Below, one piece after another: positions 17,752-28,723 of a DNA stretch of 64,000 nucleotides. This DNA comes from Candidatus Latescibacterota bacterium (GTDB lineage: Bacteria; Latescibacterota; UBA2968), in contig OZ241986.1 of the NCBI GenBank assembly GCA_965204375.1, positions 3,936,001-4,000,000 on the forward strand, written 5' to 3'. The notes below the pieces were generated by a model that was not told the DNA's origin, made no database searches, and saw nothing but the letters and a program-made list of their open reading frames with translations. Numbering within the stretch: the stretch's first letter is position 1; each line of letters starts with the position of its first letter. The translations under genes and the position numbers were made by a program.

Positions 17752-17947
17752 AGAAAAAAACCAGGTGTCATCACCTATGACACCCGGTTAATATTATGCC
17801 GGTCAAATGCCACAGGCTGTGTGACTCACTCTATAGCCCAGATTGAGCTCGGCCCTTTCGGAGACCGAAACCATAGCATTTAACCGGCTGGAGATTGCAC
17901 ATATTGTACCCGGCTCCCTCCAGCCGGCACTATAGAATGATTCACAC
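17752..17947 (-). ncRNA. Candidate structured non-coding RNA or attenuator (~195 nt), family unknown
   Basis: Bounded by a sigma70-like promoter and an intrinsic terminator; four complementary helices, including a GAAA-tetraloop hairpin. Confidence 0.55.
17754..17789 (-). terminator. Rho-independent terminator
   Basis: Minus strand ACCGGGTGTCAT-AGGTG-ATGACACCTGGT followed by a T-run. Confidence 0.8.
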
Positions 17948-17953
17948 GCCCTT

Positions 17954-17982
17954 ATAGTACAACATCAAAAATTCCTTCGCAA
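17954..17982 (-). promoter_or_regulatory. sigma70-like promoter
   Basis: TTGCGA-17 bp-TACTAT on the minus strand. Confidence 0.6.
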
Positions 17983-18151
17983 CAAAAAAATCGCTCATAA
18001 GACGACCTGCAGGTGCTGTCTGGTATAGCGCGTGTCGGCCAGGGGAGCATGTCGCTCGCCTGATTGCACCGCCAAATAGGACACATTCACAAGCATCTGG
18101 TTTCAAAAAAAAGTAACTATTCAGGACATTGTTGGAAACCCGTGTTGCTAA

Positions 18152-19872
18152 CCCGACTAATTCATGAAAGTTTTTGAATAGTCTATTTATGTCATCATTT
18201 CGATGTTGTAAGCCCTCTGTCCGTGTTTTTCTGTTTTTGTTGCTCCCGATTGTGTTTTTACCGGGTTCTGACAGGTCAATGTCATTGGTAGAGCGTGCCT
18301 GTGGTAGTCAAAAAGGGCAGAGGTTCCCCCTTGCCCTTGCCTGCCGAGTCTTTGCCCAGCACAAGGCGGTGTGCGCCAGTGATGTTGTCTGCCTTCTGCT
18401 TGCCATCTCTGCCCTCCTGCGTTTTGGGTTAAGGTCCTGCCCTTTTCAGATTGTGTAGGATTTTATGATACAGATGTTGCAAAGGATAGGACACAGGCAG
18501 ATGGAAGGTGATCCTTGTTTTCAACTCACAGACGCGTCCTGCGACTTTGAGGAAGCGATTTTGAATGGTATTGACCTGCGCGTTTATCCACCTTGTGCCA
18601 TTGAATCCTATTTGCGCCAATGTCTGTATCAAGACATAGGCGGCAGAATGGAGAAAGAGGCGGAACTGATTGGCAGTAAAGCTGTGACAGGATGTGCGGT
18701 CAGAGTGGAGAAAGGTTTTGTGATTTTTAATGAAGTTTTCCATCTGTCCGCGCGCACAATAGACGCTTTGATAGATAAAGGACGCCATTGAACTTTTCAG
18801 GTTGGTCACGACAAAGCGTGTGTTTTGGCCTCGGTCACTGATTTCGACCTTGCATACGATGCGTTGTGCCTTGTTCCAACTCTTTGCCTGATAGGAAAAC
18901 GAGGTAAAAAGACGCACGGCCTCCTTTGTATGTGCATAAAGCCTTTTGGCCTGCGCGATAAGGGGTTGTGCCGCCTCACAAAGCTTGGCATTGCTGGTCT
19001 GTCCTAAGATAAAATACAGGTCATCAGTCTCACAAAGGTGATGGACTTGCGGACAAGAAAAGTGGGCATCACCCCGCAAGATGATCGCCACATCAGGCCA
19101 AGCCTGACGCAGATAGGCCACCAAACGCTTGATAATGGCGACTATCTGTTGGCCGGTCGGACGGATACCGGGACGCAATATCGTAGTGATCAACTTACCG
19201 GTTTGTCCCTCATAAATATGCAAGGGCTGATAGGTGTAGGCATTGTAATAGCCATTGAATAGGGACAACTGCTGGGTCCCATAAACCGTATCCTGTGTAT
19301 CATCAATATCTAAGATGATCGCCTCGGGCGGCTTTTTATACGAAGCGATAAAACAATCGAGGAAGGCACGGGCAATCCGATACAAGTCGCTTCGCCTGAT
19401 CTGGTTCTCAAACCGGCTCATCGTGGGTTGACTGCCCAAGTCTTTACCTGAAAGCGGCAAGACACCACAGGCGGCCTTGATACCCGGATCGCTGCGTAAG
19501 GCATCACAATCATTGCCATCTTCATACCCACAGGCTATCTGGAACACCCGTTGCTTGACCAACTCTGCGACGGCGTGCCTCACATAACTCTTATGCCGAC
19601 GATCCCTGATCGCAGCACTCATGCGTGTTAAAATGCCAGATTTTGCCTCTACTTCTCGAAGCAATAACGCGCCGCTATCGCTGGTGAGAATGCCCCCATC
19701 AAAGGCGATATTGACACGTTTGCCGAAAATGCTTGCCAAAGGAACCTTGCGATGTTTATCTTGTGACCCCATGGTAGTTTCCTCCAAGTCTATTGTTTAA
19801 TGGTTATGGTGATAACCTATAATAATACAATGACTTGAATAAGGAAACTACCTTTTTTATGAATTTTTCAGG
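18152..19872 (-). mobile_element. IS1380-family insertion sequence
   Basis: Imperfect TIRs CCCGACTAATTCATGAAA / CCTGAAAAATTCATAAAA; CTAA on both flanks. Confidence 0.85.
18429..19772 (-). CDS. IS1380-family transposase
   Basis: 'FDGG.LTSDSG', 'GYEDGND', 'SQPTMSRFEN', 'LDIDDT', 'RGDAHF', 'Y..RGQMEN.IK'. Confidence 0.96.
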   Translation of the reverse strand: MGSQDKHRKVPLASIFGKRVNIAFDGGILTSDSGALLLREVEAKSGILTRMSAAIRDRRHKSYVRHAVAELVKQRVFQIACGYEDGNDCDALRSDPGIKAACGVLPLSGKDLGSQPTMSRFENQIRRSDLYRIARAFLDCFIASYKKPPEAIILDIDDTQDTVYGTQQLSLFNGYYNAYTYQPLHIYEGQTGKLITTILRPGIRPTGQQIVAIIKRLVAYLRQAWPDVAIILRGDAHFSCPQVHHLCETDDLYFILGQTSNAKLCEAAQPLIAQAKRLYAHTKEAVRLFTSFSYQAKSWNKAQRIVCKVEISDRGQNTRFVVTNLKSSMASFIYQSVYCARGQMENFIKNHKTFLHSDRTSCHSFTANQFRLFLHSAAYVLIQTLAQIGFNGTRWINAQVNTIQNRFLKVAGRVCELKTRITFHLPVSYPLQHLYHKILHNLKRAGP

Positions 19873-19933
19873 CTAACCACCTGTGTGGCAATAAAAGGCA
19901 AATGAATAAAAACAATTTGACATTTAGAAATTA

Positions 19934-20190
19934 TCACATGCCCCATACGTCAATCTCTACCCCGCTGGTAGATGTCCGGCGAAAGTGGAAGATCTTGTCC
20001 TCCCAACGCTTGCCTTCGCGACGGTCAAAAATCACCAGATGCCCTGCCTCTGCATCGCAACGATCCATGTACTCCGCCGTCTGTTCCAGACCCTCGGCAA
20101 TGGTCTGCTCCAGACTCTTATGAAGAATTTTGCACTCAATCACAACCTTGCGCGTCTGATCGCCCTGCGGCCAGACGATCAGCAGAAAAG
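19934..20190 (-). pseudogene. C-terminal PD-(D/E)XK-like fragment of an ATPase-nuclease gene
   Basis: 'VVIECK...GLEQTAEYMDRC...GHLVIFDR'; no N-terminal part or convincing start. Confidence 0.6.
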
Positions 20191-20275
20191 TAGATTTCAA
20201 AAGATATATCTGCCCGCAGACATTGTCAAATACCAACCCTTGACTCGCTTTTTCCGCTCAGAAGATGTATATTTT

Positions 20276-20767
20276 TCAATACGTCACCAGCACAGCTTCT
20301 TGATTGCCAATAAGTTGTGGATTCTGGTCCCGACTGTGATACCGACGCGCGGTGGTCAATACATCCTTCCTCACATACTCCGAAATCTCTGAGGCCGTCA
20401 CACGACGATCGCCATCACCATCCGCATCACCGCGCAACGCCTTCAAAAAGAAATACGTAAACAAAGAATGCTGATTGGACAGCACATCATCGCGCGGCAA
20501 CTCGGCGATTGTCCCGAAGGCATCCAATTCCTTATTGATCGCCACGGCCTTTGTATCCGAAAAACCATACTTCCCATAACGCTCAGTCGTGCTGATCTTA
20601 AATCGAAGCTCTGAGGCCGTAAACTCACTGTTGACAAAATACGTATATGTGACCAACTCATACTTACCTGCCTCTATACGCGAAAATATCGGAGCCGATT
20701 GCGCGTATTGGTGCCCAACACCTCTCTTTATCGGTTCAAACATCGCAAACTCCTTTCTGCGCCTCAA
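20276..20767 (-). pseudogene. Truncated caspase-family (C14) gene, C-terminal part only
   Basis: 'HSLFTYFFLKALRGDAD.DGD..VT..E...YV...QNPQ' without the catalytic HG/DAC motifs. Confidence 0.65.
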
Positions 20768-22164
20768 TGCATTTCACCATACTGGTCCTTCTCCACCAGA
20801 TAACTCGCCCAATCCACCCGCCAGGCATCTGCACCAACATCTTCATCCAACTGACGGGTCAACCCTTCTGGTGTCAGCATTGACCCAACCGGTTGCCATT
20901 CTTTTGCTGTTGCGATAACAAGCAGCGTTTCTAAACCAGACCCACGCGCTGCTGTGACCGACGACTCGTCTATCTCAAGTGCCCAATTAGACCCCTTCCG
21001 TAGAATGCGCCAACCCGCTCCCTCATACTCATTTTTAATCGGGACAGATTGCATATAACCAAAATGCCCATCGGCGAGGATTTCAAACAGATGCAGGTGG
21101 CAGGTGCTCGATACCTGCACTTCAATCTGAATCACACTATTTTCCGCAAACGCCTGCTCATCGGCAGAGCCGTTTAGATAAATAACAGGACCCTGTGCGC
21201 TATGACGGGAAGAAAACAAAGAACTGTAATGGAAATTCACCCCAGTGGATATAGGCAATTCCTTTGCATTGACCCGAATGCGATTCTCGCGCGATAGCGA
21301 CTTGATATCCTCAACCCAAAAGATAGCCTGACCGTTTGCATCCGTAGGCACGCGAACCGACCGCCCCATCTCCCCACTACTATTCCTGAGTTGTCCTGTG
21401 CCCCGCGTATAAGTTGCCCAAAGCGGGAATGACGCGAAGGGACTGCCTTGATAGTGAACTTGCACAACCAATGAATCGGCAAGAGACCCGCCATACGTGC
21501 CGCGCTGTTCATTGCCAGAAATCGCTTTGACCTCAAGATCTTTTTTGATAAGGGTTATTTCGCGTTCAATACCAATATCCGACAACGATGTCTTCTGATC
21601 TGGAAATGGCAATGTTCGAGCTACGTCCAATGCCTTGCTATATTCCTGAAGTGCGGTGACAACATCTGTCGTTATACTCAAATCTCCGTGCGCGACCATC
21701 TCTCCCACTTTATCCCATTGTTTTTGGATATGCTGTCGGTAAACCGTACGTTCAAGGCTTACGAGGGCATAATACTTTATCCCTTGTCTGTCGCTTTCGA
21801 TTTTGCTCTGATCAAGAGTTATTCCCGGTAGCGACTTCAGTGTAGCTGTGATACGCATTTGGTCGCTGTATTTTCGATCTATCTCCTCGTCTTTGCCCTC
21901 GCCCTTACTGTCAACGCGATATTCTTGTCGCACCTCAATAGTGCTCGATATCGCCTTGGTTAGCTCCGCACGCGCTTGATCTTTCGCCTTCTCCATACTT
22001 TCTGTACTCATACCTACGCCATAGTAATAGCGGGCATCATTAGGTGGTTTTTGGAACCAGCGGGGTTGAGCATGAGCGACGCCTGCCAGCGTGCAAAAGA
22101 GAAAACACGCCACGGCAAGAATACGCCACCCATTTTTTTTGGAGTGTGAATGGTATTCCATCAC
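20764..22164 (-). CDS. Secreted LPP20-like domain protein
   Basis: Signal peptide (AHA); 'PRW...YYYGVG...AK..ARAEL...I'. Confidence 0.7.
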   Translation of the reverse strand: MMEYHSHSKKNGWRILAVACFLFCTLAGVAHAQPRWFQKPPNDARYYYGVGMSTESMEKAKDQARAELTKAISSTIEVRQEYRVDSKGEGKDEEIDRKYSDQMRITATLKSLPGITLDQSKIESDRQGIKYYALVSLERTVYRQHIQKQWDKVGEMVAHGDLSITTDVVTALQEYSKALDVARTLPFPDQKTSLSDIGIEREITLIKKDLEVKAISGNEQRGTYGGSLADSLVVQVHYQGSPFASFPLWATYTRGTGQLRNSSGEMGRSVRVPTDANGQAIFWVEDIKSLSRENRIRVNAKELPISTGVNFHYSSLFSSRHSAQGPVIYLNGSADEQAFAENSVIQIEVQVSSTCHLHLFEILADGHFGYMQSVPIKNEYEGAGWRILRKGSNWALEIDESSVTAARGSGLETLLVIATAKEWQPVGSMLTPEGLTRQLDEDVGADAWRVDWASYLVEKDQYGEMH

Positions 22165-22176
22165 AATTAACGCACC

Positions 22177-25100
22177 TCATCTCTTAAACTCAACAATAGC
22201 CATCTCTTTGTCCCGTGCCTCAATCTGAGGGGTTTGCGGACGCCCAAACAAACGATTCGACCAATACCGCACGCCCTCGTCTTCATTGAGAAGATACGCT
22301 TCCAGTTCGGACACCGTGATGCGATCATCCGTGTTGCTATCTGCCGCGCCTTGCAAGCCCTTTAAAAAGAAATAGGTGAACAGGCTGTGTTGCTTTGCCG
22401 GATACCAATTGCTGACCCGATCATTGGATGTCGAGGTCAGCACAATTGCTTGCGAATGGCTCATCAGTGGATGCGACGGCTGGTCTAAAGCAGGTAGAAC
22501 TATCGGACTGATATTTTGAATGAGCATCTTCCCATCGCCTGTCATGCCACTAAAGCAGGCATCCAACACAACCGTCAAACTGCGCCCTTCCACTTTCGAC
22601 AAATCCGCATAGAAATCCTGCAAGCGATACGCATTGTCTGCATTGATATAATTGGGATCACAATCGGAAGGCACCAAAAATCCCTCGTTCGTATTCGTGC
22701 TTGGTGCACCGTGCCCTGAATAGTAAATAAAAACATCCGATTTGCCCTTCTTTACAAAAGCAGACAATCGCTTTCTGATCAGCGTCTTTAACGTCCCAGC
22801 GGTCATCAATTCATCCGGATCGCGCGGTAGAATATTCAGCGGGTCGTAACCGAAGGTTTTAATCAGGTATTCGCGGACAAATTGGGCATCGCGCCTGGCA
22901 TACTGGACATCCGTGGCCTTTTGATAATCAGCAATACCGATGACAACAGCCACTGCATCCGGATTGGAACCGGCAGCAGACGGGATGTTTTGTTCAATAT
23001 CTATTGAGAGACCCGTCGCCTGCACGACCCGCCGCGCTGGCCCCTCTTGTCCCTCAACAACCACAGTGCGAATCCGCTTGACGCGCTCATTCAGCGAAAT
23101 CGGCAGGCGGTAGTCTTGAACATCAACTAAGCCTGTCGCCTCGGCGAAATCGACAAATACTGGAATATCTGTCGCTGTTTTGTTTGTGTAAACGCTAAAA
23201 GAGAAGTCCTTGTAATCACCCGCCTTCAGTTCGCCAAGATTATATGCCGTTTTTGATGCCCCCGTGATAAAAACGTCATTGCCAGTAGAAACTTTGGCCT
23301 GAACAGCTTTGGCGTTGCCCGCACCTTGATTTTGAACGCGGACTGTCAATATCACCACTTCGGCAGGTTCGATCATCCCATTGCCGCTCGGCTCGTCAAC
23401 GCCCACATCTACAACGACCAACTTAGGCTTGATATAGGCCCGCGTCGAAAACGTGAGTTGTAGGGGATCCGGTGGAAAGGCGTTCTTTTCAGAGAATCGA
23501 AGGGTCAACGTATGCGTTGCGTTGCGGCTATGTATGGATGCCTCAATCGGAATTTCAACCGACCGACTTTCCCCTGGTGGAATATCACCAATAGTGGCAT
23601 TAGCATAAGAAAGTCCATCAATTCTCGGTGGCGTAATAGCAACTTGAACACCCGCAGCGTACCCTCTTCCACTGTTTTTGGCAGTTACAGTGATCACACC
23701 CTTTTCATTGGCATCGAGAAAATTGTTGCCCGACGCTTCAGAAAAACGGACAGCAGCAGCGAGAGCGGGTGGATACGATGGCGTGGGCTTTTCAATCTCT
23801 AGAGTTTCGGGTGGAAGAAGTGTTCGGTAAATCTTTTTGCTATCCGAGATCAAATGACCGTTGGGACTCCATGCTAAATGTTGAACGATACCGCTCGTCC
23901 GAATCGTTTTTTCTTTTTTTAGCTCTGTTTTAGTGGTAATGTTAGTGCCGATTCGCCAGAAGGTTATTGCTTGACCTCCTCCAGTTGCGAGAAACTGCCC
24001 ATCAGGACTGAAGGCGATGGCGCGACTTTCAGATTGCATCTTCCGAATCATCGTGCCTCTGATTACGTCCCAAAAGGACACGTAACCATATTGGCCAGCT
24101 GCAAGGTACTTCCCATCCGGACTAAAGGCGACAGCGGGGACACGACCGAGGCTGAAGCGGGTGATGCCATCAAGATTCATCTGTCGAATCTCTGAAGACT
24201 CTTCTTCAGTTCTCCTACCCCAGGGGGATAAGCGTATCATATCTCTTTTGTTCAACAATGGCTCATGCCAAAGGGTTACTTTGCTTATTACATCGCCTGC
24301 TGCGAGGTACTTCCCATCCGGACTAAAGGTAAAACTGTAATACTTATCCATATACCAAACTGATTTGCCCCTGATCACATCCCAGATTACTATAACGTCG
24401 TTGCCACCATATACTCCGAGGTACTTCCCATCCGGGCTAAAGGCAACAAAATTTCGGCTATTACTAACTTTCCAACTTCTGACACCGCTCAACTCAAATA
24501 TATTGCCACTGCTCAACTCTAAGATATACGGCCCCTTACTAAAGTCACTATCTCTACCTATTGCGAGGTACTTCCCATCCGGGCTAAAGGCGATGGTCTC
24601 ACAAAAACGCAAGTCAATCTGCCAAACTTTGTTGCCACTACTCAACTCTAAGATATACTGGTCACTATCTCTACCTATTGCGAGGTACTTCCCATCCGGG
24701 CTGAATGCAACGGCACTAATGTCTTCACCAAGACTAATGTCTTTGCCAAGATGATATACCTCATAAAAACTATACGTAACTCCCTGTCTCCAAATTGGAG
24801 GATATTCCAGCTTTACCCGCGCCAACCCTCGGCGATACCCTGGATCGATCGAAACATAGCCTGTTTTGGTGACCTGGTTCCAGTTGTTGTATAGGCTACG
24901 AGCCTCATCCTTATTGACTCGCAGATATCTCTTAAAACGCTGGACTTTCTCGTTGAGCTTCGCCTCAAAAGTAATTGGAAAGCGTTCTGAGTTGGCATCA
25001 TAGGCACCGAGCGTTACGGTAATGTCGCTTGTCTGGAAGGTCTTTCGGTACAAATTCGCAACTCGGTTTTGAATATCCTCGAGATAACGTTTCTGGAGTT

Positions 25101-25917
25101 GTGAACGATGCTGGAATAGAATTGATTCCAGTTGACTTTTACGCGCAGCATAGTCTGCATCGGATTCAAACTGATCCTTTGGCGCATTAAGTGGATTGGT
25201 CTTCTGTTCCTCGGCGATCTTCTGTTCAACGAGTCTGCGTTTCTGTTCAAGTTCAGCTTCAAGGACTTTAATCTGAGCAACTGTTTGGTCAAATGCATCT
25301 CGCAGCGTGGCGGTAGCATCCGTCTGATAGTCTCTCCCCTCCGATGATTTAGACGGCTTGGATATCAGTTCTGGTTTTGTCTTGGGTGATGGTTGTTCCC
25401 AACGCCGTTTCCATGCATCTGCTCTGCGCCTTGCTTCGGTTATTTGAGCACTCGTCATTCTTTTTGAAAGGAACTTGCGGTTTTGGGGGGCATACTTCTT
25501 ATCACCTCCTGCCTCGGCAAGTAAGGACCACATGTAAGATGTCACATAGTCCTCCCTCACACCAAAGCCATTCAGATACATATAACCAAGTTGGGTTTGA
25601 GCCCAAGTATTTCCTTGTTCGGCGGCCCTTCGATACCAAACTACTGCCTTTTCATTACTCGAACGCACACCATAGCCCTTATCATACATTAAGCCAAGGT
25701 AGCATTGTGCTGTAGCATCTCCTTGTGCAGCTAGGGGGCGAAATTCCTTGAGTGCCGTTGCGTAGTCACCTCGGTCATACGCATCTTTCCCTGTCTGAAA
25801 GTCTCCCCACGCTGATGATGTGGTGAGAAAACACAGCGATAGAATGGCGAGCAAGCGGCGCAGTGCTGAACGATACACAGGAGATTGCACCGTAGTTTTT
25901 CGTTTATTCTCATTCAT
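22177..25917 (-). CDS. Secreted Sel1-repeat / WD40-repeat / caspase-family (C14) protein
   Basis: ATG at 25917 after GGAGGAG; signal peptide; Sel1 'AQ..LG.MY..G.GV'; repeated 'AFSPDGKYLA'; catalytic 'YSGHG' and 'DACFSG'. Confidence 0.9.
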   Translation of the reverse strand: MNENKRKTTVQSPVYRSALRRLLAILSLCFLTTSSAWGDFQTGKDAYDRGDYATALKEFRPLAAQGDATAQCYLGLMYDKGYGVRSSNEKAVVWYRRAAEQGNTWAQTQLGYMYLNGFGVREDYVTSYMWSLLAEAGGDKKYAPQNRKFLSKRMTSAQITEARRRADAWKRRWEQPSPKTKPELISKPSKSSEGRDYQTDATATLRDAFDQTVAQIKVLEAELEQKRRLVEQKIAEEQKTNPLNAPKDQFESDADYAARKSQLESILFQHRSQLQKRYLEDIQNRVANLYRKTFQTSDITVTLGAYDANSERFPITFEAKLNEKVQRFKRYLRVNKDEARSLYNNWNQVTKTGYVSIDPGYRRGLARVKLEYPPIWRQGVTYSFYEVYHLGKDISLGEDISAVAFSPDGKYLAIGRDSDQYILELSSGNKVWQIDLRFCETIAFSPDGKYLAIGRDSDFSKGPYILELSSGNIFELSGVRSWKVSNSRNFVAFSPDGKYLGVYGGNDVIVIWDVIRGKSVWYMDKYYSFTFSPDGKYLAAGDVISKVTLWHEPLLNKRDMIRLSPWGRRTEEESSEIRQMNLDGITRFSLGRVPAVAFSPDGKYLAAGQYGYVSFWDVIRGTMIRKMQSESRAIAFSPDGQFLATGGGQAITFWRIGTNITTKTELKKEKTIRTSGIVQHLAWSPNGHLISDSKKIYRTLLPPETLEIEKPTPSYPPALAAAVRFSEASGNNFLDANEKGVITVTAKNSGRGYAAGVQVAITPPRIDGLSYANATIGDIPPGESRSVEIPIEASIHSRNATHTLTLRFSEKNAFPPDPLQLTFSTRAYIKPKLVVVDVGVDEPSGNGMIEPAEVVILTVRVQNQGAGNAKAVQAKVSTGNDVFITGASKTAYNLGELKAGDYKDFSFSVYTNKTATDIPVFVDFAEATGLVDVQDYRLPISLNERVKRIRTVVVEGQEGPARRVVQATGLSIDIEQNIPSAAGSNPDAVAVVIGIADYQKATDVQYARRDAQFVREYLIKTFGYDPLNILPRDPDELMTAGTLKTLIRKRLSAFVKKGKSDVFIYYSGHGAPSTNTNEGFLVPSDCDPNYINADNAYRLQDFYADLSKVEGRSLTVVLDACFSGMTGDGKMLIQNISPIVLPALDQPSHPLMSHSQAIVLTSTSNDRVSNWYPAKQHSLFTYFFLKGLQGAADSNTDDRITVSELEAYLLNEDEGVRYWSNRLFGRPQTPQIEARDKEMAIVEFKR

Positions 25918-25951
25918 CTTAAATCTCCTCCCTTTTGGGGAAGGTCGTGTT

Positions 25952-26251
25952 TTATGTCCCTTTATTTCGTCGCGCCTCAATATTTTTGACCCTTGTTCTA
26001 ATATCTCCCAGTATCAATAACCGACCAAAAAAAACAACCGCTGTAAGAAACCAGGTAATGGCCCCGATAATAGCACCCTTTATACCAGAAATAGAAGCCA
26101 ACGAAAAAAGACCATCCCCACTCTGTGACATAAACTCCTCTCCCATGAGAATTGGGAAAAACCATCCAACCACCAGAAAAAAAAGAAGAGATAGCCAGAG
26201 ACCTATCTCAATAAATATCCGATGGGAATTAACAATCAACTTTGCAAGCAT
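25952..26251 (-). CDS. Small two-TM membrane protein
   Basis: ATG at 26251 after AAGGAG; two hydrophobic segments. Confidence 0.65.
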   Translation of the reverse strand: MLAKLIVNSHRIFIEIGLWLSLLFFLVVGWFFPILMGEEFMSQSGDGLFSLASISGIKGAIIGAITWFLTAVVFFGRLLILGDIRTRVKNIEARRNKGT

Positions 26252-26271
26252 ATTTTTCTCCTTTCGGCCTC

Positions 26272-27483
26272 CTATCGCCACGCTTCGTACAGAGATATAC
26301 GATCGAGAACTTTCACGAGATAATCCCGCGTCTCTTTGTAGGGCAACGATTCCTTCAAATGTTCGTAGAGCTTGTCCCAATGCATATTCGCTATAACGGG
26401 CAAAGCTGCACTCACCACAGTCTCACCCGTCAGTGCCCGGCTCACATTACCGGGACCCGTATTATAGCCCGCAATAACGCAAAGCTGGGCCTTCTGGTCA
26501 TCCTCAACGCCAGCGAAAAATCGGTTCCGCAGCAAGTACAGGTACGCGCTTCCCAACTCAATATTCTTATTTGGATCATAAAAGTAAGACGGCGGCAAAA
26601 TGCGGTCATCCTTGTACACATAACGATAGGCTTCCCGACCACCGCTTTTCGGCACCAACTGCATCAGTCCCAGGGCTGGAACAGGAGACTTTGCCTTGGG
26701 ATTAAAAAAACTTTCCGTATGGATCACTGCACATACCAGAGGCACATCCACATCATAGCGCTGCGCGTATTCCCGGATCGTGGGTAAATACCGCCCGGCC
26801 CGCTTCTCCAAATGATCTGGGACCAGAGGAAACGTCGCCGTGGCTTTCATGCGCTCCTGACCATCCTTGCCAGTAACCGTGGTAAAAACCACCTTATTAC
26901 TTTGCGCCACATCCTGGGCAAAGGCATCTACTTTCTCAGGTGTAACAGCCTCACCATCCTGGTCGGCAACCTGACCTTGCAGAACCGGAGCCGTGTCCAG
27001 AGGCTTCGGCGTGTCCTCCGAACCATCGGGTAACGCGACCTTATAATCAGACGAAGTGCCCTGATCGCTGATCAATGCGACAACCGCATCCTTCAACTTA
27101 TCGCGAGCCTCCTCCTCACTCGTTTCGAGCAACACCTCGACCTCAGCCTGCCCCTGTTCAAAGTCAACACGACTTCGCCGTTGCAAATCCTCGCTATACT
27201 CCACCCAATCTTTTCGCGTTGAGCCAACGAACTCGCCCCATTGCTTTTCCACTTCCTCTTTGAACTGCGCAAAAGCGACACTATCGGCTCTGACAAAAGC
27301 GTTGTACTGCTGGAGAAACTGCTGGGCAAACTGCTCCTGTGCCTGCTGTTGCTGCTGGCGGAACCGCTCAAATTCATCCTGTGCCCTCACTTCCGGCTGC
27401 GAAAAAAGAATTGGGAAAATCAGGAACAAGGCCAGCTTTAAGAACGCGAAGGCCTGTTGCAGTTGCTTTAAGAAATACGACAT
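26272..27483 (-). CDS. mltC: MltC-like lytic murein transglycosylase
   Basis: SLT motifs 'IHTESFFNP.A.S', 'GLMQL', 'YNTGPGNV', 'ETRDY'; N-terminal DUF3393-like 'WVEYS...RSRVDFE.G'. Confidence 0.85.
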   Translation of the reverse strand: MSYFLKQLQQAFAFLKLALFLIFPILFSQPEVRAQDEFERFRQQQQQAQEQFAQQFLQQYNAFVRADSVAFAQFKEEVEKQWGEFVGSTRKDWVEYSEDLQRRSRVDFEQGQAEVEVLLETSEEEARDKLKDAVVALISDQGTSSDYKVALPDGSEDTPKPLDTAPVLQGQVADQDGEAVTPEKVDAFAQDVAQSNKVVFTTVTGKDGQERMKATATFPLVPDHLEKRAGRYLPTIREYAQRYDVDVPLVCAVIHTESFFNPKAKSPVPALGLMQLVPKSGGREAYRYVYKDDRILPPSYFYDPNKNIELGSAYLYLLRNRFFAGVEDDQKAQLCVIAGYNTGPGNVSRALTGETVVSAALPVIANMHWDKLYEHLKESLPYKETRDYLVKVLDRISLYEAWR

Positions 27484-27624
27484 CGTGAACCTCAAGTGTA
27501 AAATTTTCAAGTAGATTTGAGTTAGCGATTGCGACCCAGAAATGGCCTTTAAGTTGCATCTTTACGGGATCTCTATCAACACACGGTCTCCCTTCACTAC
27601 CTATCAAGATCGGTTCTACGGAAG

Positions 27625-28005
27625 TCACATTATGCGTATGCCCTTCAAGCATAACGGTGGATTGAGCTTCGACAATTGAAGCAGCGCAGATCCCCTGACC
27701 GTCTGCTCGAACAATTGCTCTCCCTGTACTCTCACCCGCCTGCTCCAGGATAGCTGACGAAGTGCCCTATCCAGTACCCGGTCATAATCCGTCGCAGCAT
27801 ACCCCTGAAGCACAAAACTAACACCCACGACTGTCTGTGGAGGAGGGTTACAAAACAAAGCCGGGTATTTTTTTTGCCCGACTGATGAAATAGAATCCAA
27901 TGTATAAGTCGGTGGGATAGGAGATGTTCGGGTTCCAGCGCACGATACGACCAGTCCTGCCAACCATACCCCTATCCACCGATGCCAACGACATACAGAA
28001 TTCAT
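27625..28005 (-). pseudogene. Probably truncated lipoprotein gene
   Basis: 'LVVSC' lipobox; runs into WD40 ('LEGHTHNVTSV') and caspase debris. Confidence 0.5.
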
Positions 28006-28076
28006 GGAGCCATCTTTTTCCCCAGTGAGTGACGTTATACGCGAACCAACAGTATCTGGTCGTGGGCAAAAAATTC

Positions 28077-28622
28077 CTATTGATCTCCACGTTTTTCTTC
28101 ATACGCCTTTATTTCTTTATCCAACTCCTCAAATGCCTGGCTGGCGCGGAAGCGCGTGTAGAGGTTTTTGTTCGCCTTGATCTTCGCCATCAACGCTGCG
28201 TTAGCCGCACCAATAGGCAAACTCATCAAAACATACACCTTGAAGGTGCCGTTTTCTAACTGATGGATCTCCTTTTCTTCCTCTGTGGCACCATGAAGCG
28301 TCTCAGAGGTCACGGTTTTGGTGACAGACGTGAATTGCTCCAGGAGTTCGGTGTCAGCGTCTTCACCCACTTCTTCCTGAAACAGTTTCTCCAGATTATT
28401 CACTTTGATAGCCATCTGTTGAGCCAGGTCCGCACGGGTTTGCGTCTTGGCCTTTTTTGTCGCCACCTCCATATCGCGGGAATCGCCTGTAGCTGCGGCA
28501 TAGAGATATTCGGCATCCGCATTGGGCGGATTTTCATACCATTTGGGCAAACCCTTTACTTTCAGGCTTGAAGCACACCCATAACAACAAATCGCAAGCA
28601 CCAGCAAAATGACTTTACGCAT
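28077..28622 (-). CDS. LPP20-family lipoprotein
   Basis: GGAGG RBS; 'CYGC' lipobox; 'PKWY.NPP...A.KKA...RA.LA'. Confidence 0.8.
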   Translation of the reverse strand: MRKVILLVLAICCYGCASSLKVKGLPKWYENPPNADAEYLYAAATGDSRDMEVATKKAKTQTRADLAQQMAIKVNNLEKLFQEEVGEDADTELLEQFTSVTKTVTSETLHGATEEEKEIHQLENGTFKVYVLMSLPIGAANAALMAKIKANKNLYTRFRASQAFEELDKEIKAYEEKRGDQ

Positions 28623-28723
28623 AACTACTTCCTCCTTTGTGAAAGACGTATGAACTGCTTTTTCGGCAAAAGATCACGGACTACCGATCCGAGTATCATC
28701 TCCATACAATCCAGGTTGCATCT

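Noticed and set aside
17833-17904. 23-codon ORF (MCNLQPVKC...) inside the structured RNA as a type I toxin or leader peptide
   Set aside because: Not hydrophobic, poor SD spacing, no biased amino acid content.
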